A DNA stretch of 64,000 nucleotides from Verrucomicrobia subdivision 3 bacterium UBA693 (GTDB taxonomy: Bacteria > Verrucomicrobiota > Verrucomicrobiia > Limisphaerales > UBA8199): NCBI GenBank assembly GCA_002298785.1, contig DBMR01000011.1, positions 84,979 through 148,978 of the forward strand, in the 5' to 3' direction. The position numbers and the translations under genes were made by a program. The stretch's first letter is position 1, and each line of letters begins with the position of its first letter. Of the stretch, positions 28,601-37,666 are shown piece by piece. Below the pieces are notes generated by a model that searched no databases, was not told where the DNA came from, and saw nothing but the letters and a program-made list of their open reading frames with translations.

Positions 28601-30201
28601 GCCCCATTGAGGGACAACATTCCGTTGCCGTTCTTGATCAAACCGCCCGAGCTTACATTCGCCAGAACCGGGATGCCCAGAGTCGCCGGAGTCGAGGCTC
28701 CGCCGTTAATCAGCGTCACCGCCGGCGCAGCGCTGTATCCGTATCCGGAGCAGGTCACCAAGATGTTCGTCAGTTTGCCCGCGACCGGATCAATCTGCGC
28801 CAGAGCCGTGGCTCCGCCACCGGCACCGCTCGGGTCGATCTGCACAATCGGCGGGGCCATGTAACCCGCGCCGCCATCGCTGACGGGGATGCTCACCACG
28901 CCCTGGCCTGACGGGGCAATCAGAGCTTGCGAAATGGTCACGTCGTAACCCGCGGTGTCCAGGGTCAGGTTCCCAGCATAGATCACCGCTTCCGCCATGA
29001 CGCCGGGCAGGAACGACGGGTCGTTATTCTTCGCCTGCACCATGCCGCCGTTAAAGTTCAGATAAGCCGTGCCACTCCACTTATCAATCTTCGGAACCTT
29101 CAGGAGGCCGCCGTTGAGGTTGAGATAGGACGTGCCATTGGCCATCATCAGGGGCATCGCCGTCTCCAGCACGCCCGTTCCGGAAACGGTGACTTCGCCG
29201 CGACCATTTTCACCTACCATATAGCGGGTGCCGGTGCCGATGTGCTGGAAAAGACCGCCAGAAATCCAGGTAATGCCGAGACTGCCAGCATACCGAGCAG
29301 TGTCGCACCAGCCAGACTGGATGTTCGTGCCGCCGCTTTGATACAGCAGGCCCTTGCCATAGCGACCGACCTGGAAGTTGAACGGGCAGTTCAGCGTCCC
29401 AGCGGAAAGGCTGTAAAACCCAAACGCGTCCACGGAAGCCTGCGCATCGCCGCCGATGGTCCACTCGTTGGCATTGCCGCCGGTGCCGTTAATGGTCCCG
29501 CCCGTCTGCCACAGAGCGCCAATGGCGGTGTCATTCTTTCCCACGAAGAAGCGCGAGACGTTTAACGTCGCATTGTCTTTGATGTATCCGAAACCGCGGC
29601 CGCTGCCATAATCGCCAATGTTCCAATCCTGGGCCGCGAGCGTATAAACAGCATTGTCCTGCAGAGTCAACGAGCCGATGCCGCCGTTGCCGTTGCCAAT
29701 GCCATTCCAGCCGCCAGTGATATTGATCCTGGCGTTGTCTTTTACGAAAACCTGTCCAGTGCAGAAGGTGCCGTCGCCAACGATAAAACCGTCGCCAGTC
29801 TTGTTGATAATGCCATTGCCGGCAACGATGAGGGTCGAAAGTGGTGTGTTACCGCCATTGCCCGTGCGTCCGACCACCAGCCAATTATCCACCGGCAGAG
29901 TTCCACCGTTGGTGACGATGATGGTGCCAGCGACTCCGCTGTTACCGGCCCAGGCTTCGCTCACGTGGGGCACGGTGTTGGAAATGATGGCGGTGCCGCC
30001 ATTCCCAATATTGCCGATCGCCCAACCGCCGGTGTTATCCGGCAGGACGCCACCGGCCCAATTGGCGGGATCATTCCACCAACCAGTACCAGTGTTGCTC
30101 CAGTCGACAGCGCGCGCACCGGGCGCCATTGCCACACAAGCGCACGCCACGGCGGTCAACGCCAGCGGCTTGTTGAATCTTGTTTGTTTCGATTTTTTCA
30201 T
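25645..30201 (-). CDS. Giant autotransporter-associated beta-strand repeat (PATR) surface protein with FYR-type tail
   Basis: 1518 aa, signal peptide MKKSKQTRFNKPLALTAVACACVAMAPGARA. PATR units recur (GNGMLSLNGANTYTGATVVNAGKVQL, GTGTLTLDTVNDYTGPTKIMGGTVVV, GTGTLALMGTNTYTGATLVSAGTLGGSG). The tail is GGNLIMTGTGGAPGTGYTWLTSV...PVRFYKMRVP. Confidence 0.85.
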   Translation of the reverse strand: MKKSKQTRFNKPLALTAVACACVAMAPGARAVDWSNTGTGWWNDPANWAGGVLPDNTGGWAIGNIGNGGTAIISNTVPHVSEAWAGNSGVAGTIIVTNGGTLPVDNWLVVGRTGNGGNTPLSTLIVAGNGIINKTGDGFIVGDGTFCTGQVFVKDNARINITGGWNGIGNGNGGIGSLTLQDNAVYTLAAQDWNIGDYGSGRGFGYIKDNATLNVSRFFVGKNDTAIGALWQTGGTINGTGGNANEWTIGGDAQASVDAFGFYSLSAGTLNCPFNFQVGRYGKGLLYQSGGTNIQSGWCDTARYAGSLGITWISGGLFQHIGTGTRYMVGENGRGEVTVSGTGVLETAMPLMMANGTSYLNLNGGLLKVPKIDKWSGTAYLNFNGGMVQAKNNDPSFLPGVMAEAVIYAGNLTLDTAGYDVTISQALIAPSGQGVVSIPVSDGGAGYMAPPIVQIDPSGAGGGATALAQIDPVAGKLTNILVTCSGYGYSAAPAVTLINGGASTPATLGIPVLANVSSGGLIKNGNGMLSLNGANTYTGATVVNAGKVQLTTAVAGASAYTVANGASLGLLVLSANAQAGLTSLSLDTATLDLDLGNYGNPTAAPINLAGALSVNGPIAVNIADALPQVGEFPLIKYGSRTGSGSFTIASIPSGVVATIVTNPAGSIDLKITAVSAPRWDGQAGGTWDIGLTTNWVELSTGLPAFFAQGNAVLFDDAALGTTSVNLGTTVNPAKVTVNNSVVNYTISGTGKISGAASLTKHGTGTLTLDTVNDYTGPTKIMGGTVVVTNLANGGSASALGSASSAPANLVLANGSLSYGGPAVAVNRGYSVQDTNCSINTVSDLGLGGLVTATTGSSFVKSGPAKLTHFGAGVKELSGGGFPGYNILAGTVVFDGTGVGQTNHNQNEFWVGSTVDAGASLILSNTVLNIDSWFAVGRGNGTVGNVSTATLYNSVLRSGSASLGYANNILGNSALQTLALNGTSSFTNNGDMNLGESGGSTSTILLNGNSSMYSGWRIHLGWHTGANAIMTLADSSSLTVNAWMSVGNEDGTGTLTVKDNSSLWVLWDMNVTDVGTGQGTMNLQNNATATANNFFIGKGAGSTGTMNQTGGSAIGRYPDGNEFQIGFHGAGTWNLSAGTIVAPGHWFVIGRYTDGPGILNVTGGTITHGNLNTGKLFRVGEEGQGTLNLSGTGSIVTGCDAVTMGNNATANGVVNLDGGTFQARRFTGGPGSSTFNFNGGVLRAGPNANPDFMNGLGTAFVLARGATIDTGTNHIAIGQSLLDGGAGGGLTKLGTGTLALMGTNTYTGATLVSAGTLGGSGVIAGGSVTVATGATLAPGASIGALSISNNLTLNGTTTMEISKDGGVVASDLVVVGGNIAFGGTLNVVLVGTNALAVNDTFNLFDWGTQSGSFTTTNLPSGYTWDLSKLAVDGTIRVSGIVLPPPVVRPPHIVGGNLIMTGTGGAPGTGYTWLTSVNVAAPAANWTTNSTGVFDAAGAFSNAIPINPAEPVRFYKMRVP

Positions 30202-30345
30202 GGGGATTTGGATGATTACTTACGCGTCCGTGTCTGCCACTTCACTGAAGAGGAGTGAAACAAATCGTCACCGTCCGGAACGAGCCCAGGAAACGACTTG
30301 GTTTAGACCACAGGAACATGGCTCAAGTATAAGAAGGGCCAAAGG

Positions 30346-30374
30346 GCTGTCATGTGGCATAAAGTGGCCACACG
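30346..30374 (-). promoter_or_regulatory. Copy 2 of conserved 29-bp element with adjacent -35/-10-like hexamers
   Basis: The plus-strand sequence is GCTGTCATGTGGCATAAAGTGGCCACACG. On the minus strand it is followed by ATGACA (30353-30348), a 16-nt spacer and TATACT (30331-30326). The core starts 152 nt upstream of the PATR ATG at 30201. Confidence 0.6.
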
Positions 30375-30511
30375 CAAATTGTCAACCTAATTATGTGATT
30401 ACATTTTCCCGGAGCTGCGACCAGCCCACCCGCCCGCAAGCAACCGGGCATAATTGTCGCAACTAACTCCTATCAAAAACTTTACAGAAGCAACCGCATT
30501 CAACTACTATC

Positions 30512-31582
30512 TCACCTCGCCGGGGATGGGGGTGAGGTTGCTGGTTCCTCCACCAGGTGGCTTAAAGGTATGGGTAACCCAAAGTTGGGCGTCCCGTCCG
30601 CATTCCACGTAAACCTTTGCACCCGGGTCGTCCTCCCACGGTAAGCATATTCGGAACTGGTCTTGGCGTGATACACGATCCAGTCCGAGCCATCCCCGGC
30701 GCGGAAGAAGCCATTATGCCCAGGGCCGAACACCCCGTTAGCGTCGTTGCGCTCAAAAACCGGGGCCGGATGCTGGTGCCAGGATTTCGGATCGAGGACG
30801 TCCGCAGTGTCCTCAGCGATGAGCATGCCGAGTTTGTAATCCGGTTTGCCGGTGTCGCAGGCGGAGTAAACCAGGAACAGCCGCCCGTTTCGTTGCAAGA
30901 CCACCGGCCCCTCCCGGACCTCGGCACAACCAAAACCCGAGGCTGGCAACACCACGCCGTTCCCGCTCAGGGTCCAGGGATTCGCCAATCGCGCGATGGT
31001 CAGCACATGCCCCGGACGGGCTGCCCACAGGAAATACCACGATCCATCCGGCTTGGAGAACACCGAACCGTCGATGGCATAAGCGTCGTTGGTGGGGTTC
31101 ACCAGTCGTGCTTTGTAGGCATACGGTCCGAGCGGGTCGCGACCGGCGCTTTCCAGCACGTGCATGCGATGTCGGTCGTCGTTATTGTCGCTCGAGGTGG
31201 CGGTGTAATACAGGTACCAGCGATTGCTGAAGTAATGAAATTCCGGCGCCCACATGCCGCGCGACCGGCTCGGATCGAAGTCCTGCCAGACCGTTACTGG
31301 TGAGACCGCTTTCAAACCGCCGATCGTCGGCGCTTTCCACATGCGAATGGCATCGCCCTGGGTAGTGGTGAGGTAGTAATTCCCGTCAAAATATTCCAGC
31401 CACGGATCGGGGCCGGGGTTGATCGGATTCTGGAATTTGCCCGAGTTGACTTGAGCCATAGCCATGCCCAGGGTCAGGCTCACCCACATCAACACCAGGC
31501 TCACCCAACAAAAAAAATGTTCAGCCACCACCAGGCTCCCTGCGAGGCCCCCGGTGCGTTTAAGAAAATCACGTCGTTTCAT
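30512..31582 (-). CDS. GH43-family glycoside hydrolase (arabinofuranosidase/arabinanase/xylosidase type)
   Basis: 356 aa with a Tat-like start MKRRDFLKRTGG. GH43 five-bladed-propeller strings are NPGPDPWLEYFDGNYYLTTT, MWAPEFHYFSNRWYLYYTA, AIDGSVF and EGPVVLQRNGRLFLVYSA. Confidence 0.85.
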   Translation of the reverse strand: MKRRDFLKRTGGLAGSLVVAEHFFCWVSLVLMWVSLTLGMAMAQVNSGKFQNPINPGPDPWLEYFDGNYYLTTTQGDAIRMWKAPTIGGLKAVSPVTVWQDFDPSRSRGMWAPEFHYFSNRWYLYYTATSSDNNDDRHRMHVLESAGRDPLGPYAYKARLVNPTNDAYAIDGSVFSKPDGSWYFLWAARPGHVLTIARLANPWTLSGNGVVLPASGFGCAEVREGPVVLQRNGRLFLVYSACDTGKPDYKLGMLIAEDTADVLDPKSWHQHPAPVFERNDANGVFGPGHNGFFRAGDGSDWIVYHAKTSSEYAYRGRTTRVQRFTWNADGTPNFGLPIPLSHLVEEPATSPPSPAR

Positions 31583-31723
31583 GGAGGGATGCTGTCGGAT
31601 TGGCCTTTCCAGTCACTGCGAACCGTAACCGCGCCCAGGCAATCGCCGACGCGATACGTGCAATTCGTCGATGCTCGGCGAGTGGAAACATGTTGCTGCA
31701 CGAGTCTAAAATAGCGCCGCCTC

Positions 31724-31752
31724 AGCGTCCTGTGGCATGAAATGGCCACACA
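31724..31752 (-). promoter_or_regulatory. Copy 3 of conserved 29-bp element, in the divergent region between the GH43 and GH127-like genes
   Basis: The plus-strand sequence is AGCGTCCTGTGGCATGAAATGGCCACACA. On the minus strand it is followed by AGGACG (31731-31726), a 17-nt spacer and TAGACT (31708-31703). The core starts 149 nt upstream of the GH43 ATG at 31582 and ends 56 nt upstream of the plus-strand ATG at 31806. Confidence 0.6.
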
Positions 31753-31805
31753 CAAAAGACCTGCCTGCCAGGACCCGAGGCTGCTATGCTCCAGGCAGCT
31801 TGTCT

Positions 31806-33857
31806 ATGAATCGACAAAACCGCAACCTCTCCTCCCTCCACCAGGCCGTCACGCTCTGTCTCTTGTTGCTGCTGCCGCGTGCCGCGAACGCCGGCGAGAC
31901 CCCGGTGACCTCGCCCCGGGCGGGCAAATCAGACCGACTGGTCCCGCTGGCCGCGTCTCCCCTGCCCCTCGGCAGCATCAAGCCGGCGGATTGGCTCAAA
32001 AGGCAGCTCGAGATCCAAGCCACGGGGTTGAGCGGACACCTCGATGAGTTCTGGCCGGACGTCGCGCAGAGTTCCTGGATTGGAGGCAAAGCGGAGGGCT
32101 GGGAACGCGGACCTTACTGGCTGGACGGATTCCTCCCGCTGGCCATCGAACTCGACGATCCCAAGCTCAAAGCCCGGGCGCAGCACTGGATTGATTTCAT
32201 TCTCAAGACGCAACACGAAGACGGATGGCTCGGTCCGGTCAAGGGCAATCCGAGCGCCGGCTCCCGTCTCCAAAATTACGATCCCTGGCCGCGGTTCATC
32301 CTGCTCAAGGCGATGACCCAATGGCAGGAGGCAACGGGTGACGCGCGCATTATCCCGGCCATGAACCGGTTCTTCCGATGTCTCGACAAAGTCCTCGATG
32401 AAAAGCCCCTGGAAGAATGGGCTCGCGTTCGCTGGGCCGACTTATCGTTGAGCACTTACTGGCTGTATGATCGAACGGGCGAATCGTGGTTGCTCGAGCT
32501 GGCGGCCAAAGTCCATCACCAGGGACTGGACTGGCTACAACTCGCCCGCGATTATCCGTACCGGGAGAAAGTTACCCAAAGCATGTTGAACCAATTCAAA
32601 GTGGCCGCGGGCGGGCGAGGGATTAATGACCAGTACGGGGCCACGCACGGCGTGAACACCGGGATGGGGATTAAGGCCCCAGGAGTTTGGTATCGGCAAT
32701 CACATGAGCAGGCCGACAAAGCCGCCGCGCTAAGCCTGCTCGACAATCTTGATAAATACCACGGCCAGGCCACGGGCATTTTCTCCTGCGACGAACATCT
32801 GGCCGGCAAACATCCCTCCCAGGGCACGGAGCTTTGTACCGTGGTCGAATCAATGTTCTCCCTGGAAACCCTGCTGACGATTCAGCCGGAGCAGGTGCGC
32901 CTGGCGGATCGCCTCGAAGCGCTGGCCTTCAATGCGTTGCCAGCCAGTTTCACCGATGACATGTGGGCCCACCAATACGACCAGCAAGCCAACCAGGCGG
33001 TCTGCATGATCAGCCAGGAGCGCGTTTACAGCAATAACGGTCCCGATGCCAATTTGTTCGGCCTCGAGCCACATTTCGGCTGCTGTCTGGCGAATTTCCA
33101 CCAAGGCTGGCCAAAGTTCGTTTCGCACCTCTGGATGAAATCCAGCGCGGGAGGCCTGATGGCCCTGGCTTACGCCCCATGCGACATCCGCACCAAGATC
33201 GCTACGGTGGACGTCCAGGTGCGCGTCCGCACGGATTATCCCTTCACTGAGAAGATCGACATCTTCGTCGCCCCTGCCAAACCATCCCGCTTCCCCATCA
33301 GCCTCCGCATTCCCGAGTGGGCTGAAGGGGCGACCGTGAGCGTTAACGGTGAGAAAGCCAAAGTGGTTCCAGCCGGAATCATGCACTCCCTCGACCGACG
33401 TTGGGCCGGCGAAACAAAAGTGACCCTGATCCTCCCGCTGAAACTGCGCGTGGAACGCCGTTTCAACAACAGCGCCACGATTCATCGCGGCCCACTGGTG
33501 TTCGCGCTCAAGGTGGGCGCGGACTGGCAAAAGTTGCGGGATCGACCGCCCACGGCCGATTGGGAAGTGCATCCCGTCACGCCGTGGAATTACGCGCTGC
33601 TATTGAACACCGCAACGCCCGAGCAAAGCCTGCGACTTCAATTCAATGGCGTGGCTGCCTGCCCCTTTTCGTCGAAAGCCCCAGCCGTGCAACTCCTCGC
33701 CAAAGGCCGCCGACTGCCCGAATGGTCATTACAGAAAAACGCCGCCGCCGCACCGCCGCAAAGTCCCGTGGCCTCCACGGAACCGCTGGAAAACCTGGAA
33801 CTGATACCGTATGCCTCCGCCAAACTTCGCATCACGGAAATTCCGGTGCTGCGGTAA
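31806..33857 (+). CDS. GH127/GH146-like (DUF1680 clan) beta-L-arabinofuranosidase-family protein, divergent paralog
   Basis: I prefer the start at MNRQNRNLSSLHQAVTLCLLLLLPRAANA (ATG 31806), because the track start at 31737 lies inside the regulatory element. It keeps the Cys/Glu pattern of the GH127 zinc/nucleophile site: GTELCTVVE (E-x-C) and HFGCCLANFHQGWPKF (CC). The assignment is less certain than for 39736..42105. Confidence 0.65.
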   Translation: MNRQNRNLSSLHQAVTLCLLLLLPRAANAGETPVTSPRAGKSDRLVPLAASPLPLGSIKPADWLKRQLEIQATGLSGHLDEFWPDVAQSSWIGGKAEGWERGPYWLDGFLPLAIELDDPKLKARAQHWIDFILKTQHEDGWLGPVKGNPSAGSRLQNYDPWPRFILLKAMTQWQEATGDARIIPAMNRFFRCLDKVLDEKPLEEWARVRWADLSLSTYWLYDRTGESWLLELAAKVHHQGLDWLQLARDYPYREKVTQSMLNQFKVAAGGRGINDQYGATHGVNTGMGIKAPGVWYRQSHEQADKAAALSLLDNLDKYHGQATGIFSCDEHLAGKHPSQGTELCTVVESMFSLETLLTIQPEQVRLADRLEALAFNALPASFTDDMWAHQYDQQANQAVCMISQERVYSNNGPDANLFGLEPHFGCCLANFHQGWPKFVSHLWMKSSAGGLMALAYAPCDIRTKIATVDVQVRVRTDYPFTEKIDIFVAPAKPSRFPISLRIPEWAEGATVSVNGEKAKVVPAGIMHSLDRRWAGETKVTLILPLKLRVERRFNNSATIHRGPLVFALKVGADWQKLRDRPPTADWEVHPVTPWNYALLLNTATPEQSLRLQFNGVAACPFSSKAPAVQLLAKGRRLPEWSLQKNAAAAPPQSPVASTEPLENLELIPYASAKLRITEIPVLR

Positions 33858-33892
33858 GGGCGAGACTAAATCCACCTTCAGAACTGACTGTT

Positions 33893-36800
33893 ATGAATGC
33901 GAAAAACCGTCCGTCCCGGCTGTTCCTGACTTGCGCGCGCCGTTGTTGTTTCCTCGCGCTCGGGATCCTGTTGGCCGGTCCCTGCCGAATGGCCGGCTGG
34001 CAGATGCAGTACGCGCCGATCATGACCGACTGGGCACGGCAAGTGGACACCAACAGTCCGTTGCCCGAATATCCACGACCCCAAATGGTCCGAACGGATT
34101 GGTTGAGTTTGAATGGTGTCTGGCAATTTCAGGGCGGGAACACCAACGATCCGGTCCCGGTGAACCAGGCACTTGCTGGTGACATCCTCGTTCCCTTTCC
34201 CATGGAGTCCGCGCTCTCCGGAGTGGCAAGATACTATCCCCATTCCTGGTACCGACGTCTCTTTACCGTGCCCGCAGGATGGAACGGGAGGAGAATCCTG
34301 CTGCATCTGGATGCGGTGGATTGGGAGTCGGAAGTTTTCATAAATGGGCAGAGCGTGGGCCTGCACCGAGGCGGTTACGACCCGGCAATGTATGACATCA
34401 CTCCTCAATTGCGGGGCAGCGGGCCGCAGGAGATGATCGTCCGGGTTTACGATCCGACCGATGCCGCCGGCATGCCGCGCGGAAAGCAAACGCTCTATCC
34501 GGGAGGCATCATGTACACCTCGTGCAGCGGCATCTGGCAACCGGTCTGGCTGGAACCAGTACCGATCTCGAGTGTCGCGGGTCTGAAATTGGTGCCGGAC
34601 ATTGATACCCAACGACTCCGCGTAACCACCACGATCTCCGGGCCGACCAACGGCCTCACCATCCACGCCACCGCCCGCGTCGGCACAAATCTCATCGGTT
34701 CGATCTCTGGCGCACCGGGAGCAGAACTGTCGTTGCCGGTGCCGAACCCGACGTTGTGGTGCCCGACCAACCCGTTCCTGTACGACCTCGAGATCGCGCT
34801 CTCGAATGGCCTCACCCGGGTCGATGGAGTCGCGAGTTACTTCGGCATGCGCAAGATCAGTCTCGGCACCACCAATGGCTTCGTGAAGCTGCTGCTCAAT
34901 AACCAATTCGTATTTCAGTTTGGTCCGCTGGACCAGGGGTTCTGGCCGGATGGCATTTATACCGCCCCCACCGATGACGCTCTGAAAAGTGATATCGAAC
35001 AGGAAAAAATCCTCGGGTACAACATGGTCCGTAAGCATATCAAAGTCGAGCGGTCACGGTGGTATTATTGGGCGGACAAACTGGGCCTGCTGGTTTGGCA
35101 GGATATGCCCAGCGCCAATTCCTACACCAGCAATCCGCAACCGCTCGATGTACCCCAGTTCGCGACCGAACTCACGCGGATGGTGCAAAACCACTGGAAT
35201 CATCCTTCCATTATCATGTGGGTGATTTTCAACGAGTCCCAGGGACAACACGATACGGCTGCTCTGGTGCAACAGGTAAAGACGCTCGACCCTTCGCGAC
35301 TGGTCAACGAGGCCAGCGGCGGTTCCTATTATGGATCGGGCGACGTGCTCGATGTTCACAGCTATCCGGATCCCGCCTACCCCACTAGCGGAACGCAGGC
35401 CGCCGTGTGTGGCGAATTCGGCGGCGTCGGTCTCGGCATTACCAATCATACCTGGGCGCCGGGTTGGGGTTACATCTCGGCGGTTAACGGCGATGACCTC
35501 GCAGCCAAGTTCGAAGGCTTCTGCCAGCAGTTGTCCGATTTCGTTCAACACCACGGGTTGAGCGCGGCAGTTTACACCGAGATCACCGATGTTGAAATTG
35601 AGCTGAATGGATTTCTGACCTACGACCGCAAAGTGCGCAAACCGGATGCCGACCGCATCCGACAGGCCATCGCCTCGGCCAGTGCGCCCATCACGTTAAC
35701 CACCGTCGTGCCCACCTCCCAGGCAGCCGGACAAACCTGGAAATACACCACCACGACCCCAGCCGCGAATTGGCCTGCCACCGGGTTCAATGATGCCAAT
35801 TGGAGCACTGGCACGGCCGGTTTTGGAGCCAATAATCCACCCAATACCTCGGGGCTGATTCGGACCACTTGGAATACCGCCGATATCTGGCTGCGACGCA
35901 CGTTCAACCCCGGCAACCTCAGCTCGCAACAAATCAGCAACCTGTTCTTTGTCGTTTATCACGACGAGGACGCTGAGTTTTACATCAACGGTGTCCTCGC
36001 CGTTACAGCCCCCGGCTACACGACCGGCTACGGACTGTCCGCACTGTCTCCAGCGGGAAGGGCGGCCGTTTTGCCAAATGCAGTTAACGTCCTCGCGGTG
36101 CATTGCCACCAAACCGGCGGAGGTCAATACATCGATGTCGGGCTCACCGTCAGGGACAGCAGTGTTATGCCACAGCCGCTCCCGTTGCCCCCGGCCCCAT
36201 CCAATTTGCGCGCTTCCTCCGCGCTCACCGGGGTATCTTTAGCGTGGAACTCATCCCCCAACGCCAGCAACTATAAGCTCAAACGCTCGACGACCAGCGG
36301 CGGCCCATACACCAACACCATCGTCCTGTCTCCCGTCAATTGCGCCACGGATACCGCGGTCAGCCCCGGCAACACGTATTATTATGTGGTCTCGGCCACC
36401 AATTCCTCGGGCGAAAGTGATAATTCAAACGAAGTCGGCTTAACGATTCCAGCGTTACCTCCGCCTTTGCCGAAGGCATGGTTCAAGGCGGATGCCCTGA
36501 GCGGATTGGGCAATGGCGCTCCGATCGCGATCTGGCCGGACGCGTCCGGCAACGCCTTTAACGCCACCCAAACCAACCCGGGCATGAGGCCAACCTACGC
36601 CTCCAGCGCGATCAATGGTTTACCGGCGGTACACTTCAATGCCACCAACAGCAACTCCCTCGCGTTTGCCCGGCCGGTCCAGGATGATTTCACGATCTTC
36701 TGCGTGTATCGCAGTGCCCAGGGCCTCGGTACCGGTACCCAGTTTTACCAAGGCGCCGGGCTCGTGAACGGCGAGGTACCCAGCGTCGACAATGACTTCG

Positions 36801-37639
36801 GCTTGAGTTTGAATGCCAGCGGCAACCTGCTGGCCGGCACAGGAAATCCGGACGTGAGCATCGCCTCGAGTAGCGCAACTTTTGCGGATGGCCAACCCCA
36901 CATCGTGACCTTCAAACGCACCCGGGCGACCGGAGCGCTGGCCCTATTTGTGGATGGATCCGCCCAAGGCACCGCGTCCGCCGGCAACCAGTCGCTGACC
37001 GCCCCTGCTCAGTTGGTGTTGGGCGCACAGCAGACCCTGATCAACTACCTGACGGGCGATATCGCTGAGGTCAAAATATACGAGGCAGCTCTCGGAGATG
37101 CGGACCGGGTTGCCGAGGAAACAGCGCTCGCCTGCAAATACAAACTGGGAGGGGGCGCCGCACCCGCAACGCCTCGAGGTTTGTCCGCCACCGCTAATAA
37201 CCGCCAGGTCTTCGTGACCTGGATTCCCGTGACAGGCGCCACCGGGTACAAGGTCAATTGGTCCGTCAACCTCGCCGGCCCTTATACGCAACTAATCGGG
37301 AATCTGACCACGAACAGCTATTCACACACCACCGCCCTGAATGGACAAACCAATTACTATCGGGTGAGCGCTTACAGTGCTTGCGGGCTTGGCACCAGTT
37401 CAGCTCCGGTGGCAGCCTGGCTGCCCCTGCCGACCCTGGGAGTCAGCCGCGAAAATAGTTTCTTTACCCTCACCTGGCCCGATTGGGCCAGTGATTGGCT
37501 GCTGTGGTCGGCGACCAATCCAACCCCACCGATTTTTTGGCAGCCAATCACTAATGCCGCCACAATTACGAATGGTCAGTTCAACCTCACTCTGCCCTTC
37601 CGGTGGAGCGTTGAGTTATTCCGATTAGCCAGCCCTTGA
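33893..37639 (+). CDS. Multidomain GH2 glycosidase: GH2 core, ~135-aa beta-sandwich module, Fn3, LamG, Fn3, FYR-type tail
   Basis: I prefer the start at MNAKNRPSRLFLT (ATG 33893), because the track start at 33401 overlaps the upstream gene. GH2 strings are YPRPQMVRTDWLSLNGVWQF, WYRRLFTVP, LHLDAVDWESEVFINGQSVGLHRGGYDP, NHPSIIMWVIFNESQG and VCGEFGG. The beta-sandwich module is at nt 35735-36151. The Fn3 segments are NYKLKRSTTSGGPYT and TGYKVNWSVNLAGPYT. The LamG segment is INGLPAVHFNATNSNSLAF...GDIAEVKIYEAAL. The tail is ...LLWSATNPTPPIFWQPI...SVELFRLASP. Confidence 0.85.
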   Translation: MNAKNRPSRLFLTCARRCCFLALGILLAGPCRMAGWQMQYAPIMTDWARQVDTNSPLPEYPRPQMVRTDWLSLNGVWQFQGGNTNDPVPVNQALAGDILVPFPMESALSGVARYYPHSWYRRLFTVPAGWNGRRILLHLDAVDWESEVFINGQSVGLHRGGYDPAMYDITPQLRGSGPQEMIVRVYDPTDAAGMPRGKQTLYPGGIMYTSCSGIWQPVWLEPVPISSVAGLKLVPDIDTQRLRVTTTISGPTNGLTIHATARVGTNLIGSISGAPGAELSLPVPNPTLWCPTNPFLYDLEIALSNGLTRVDGVASYFGMRKISLGTTNGFVKLLLNNQFVFQFGPLDQGFWPDGIYTAPTDDALKSDIEQEKILGYNMVRKHIKVERSRWYYWADKLGLLVWQDMPSANSYTSNPQPLDVPQFATELTRMVQNHWNHPSIIMWVIFNESQGQHDTAALVQQVKTLDPSRLVNEASGGSYYGSGDVLDVHSYPDPAYPTSGTQAAVCGEFGGVGLGITNHTWAPGWGYISAVNGDDLAAKFEGFCQQLSDFVQHHGLSAAVYTEITDVEIELNGFLTYDRKVRKPDADRIRQAIASASAPITLTTVVPTSQAAGQTWKYTTTTPAANWPATGFNDANWSTGTAGFGANNPPNTSGLIRTTWNTADIWLRRTFNPGNLSSQQISNLFFVVYHDEDAEFYINGVLAVTAPGYTTGYGLSALSPAGRAAVLPNAVNVLAVHCHQTGGGQYIDVGLTVRDSSVMPQPLPLPPAPSNLRASSALTGVSLAWNSSPNASNYKLKRSTTSGGPYTNTIVLSPVNCATDTAVSPGNTYYYVVSATNSSGESDNSNEVGLTIPALPPPLPKAWFKADALSGLGNGAPIAIWPDASGNAFNATQTNPGMRPTYASSAINGLPAVHFNATNSNSLAFARPVQDDFTIFCVYRSAQGLGTGTQFYQGAGLVNGEVPSVDNDFGLSLNASGNLLAGTGNPDVSIASSSATFADGQPHIVTFKRTRATGALALFVDGSAQGTASAGNQSLTAPAQLVLGAQQTLINYLTGDIAEVKIYEAALGDADRVAEETALACKYKLGGGAAPATPRGLSATANNRQVFVTWIPVTGATGYKVNWSVNLAGPYTQLIGNLTTNSYSHTTALNGQTNYYRVSAYSACGLGTSSAPVAAWLPLPTLGVSRENSFFTLTWPDWASDWLLWSATNPTPPIFWQPITNAATITNGQFNLTLPFRWSVELFRLASP

Positions 37640-37666
37640 AGCGCTCGCGGTCGCTTCACTCGTAAC

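Noticed and set aside
33401-33892. Long N-terminal extensions offered by the ORF track: 33401 for the GH2, and also 21744, 24556, 39772, 44468, 52565, 53662, 62107 and 63371.
   Set aside because: The extensions overlap the preceding gene or are Arg/Pro/Gly-rich high-GC read-through. Internal ATGs give canonical signal peptides or lipoboxes. Several also create ATGA start/stop overlaps with the upstream gene.
37638-37657. GAAGCG-N8-CGCTTC between the convergent GH2 and GH43 genes as a bidirectional terminator.
   Set aside because: It has only a 6-bp stem, no U/A tracts, and overlaps the plus-strand stop codon. The evidence is too weak to list as a feature.
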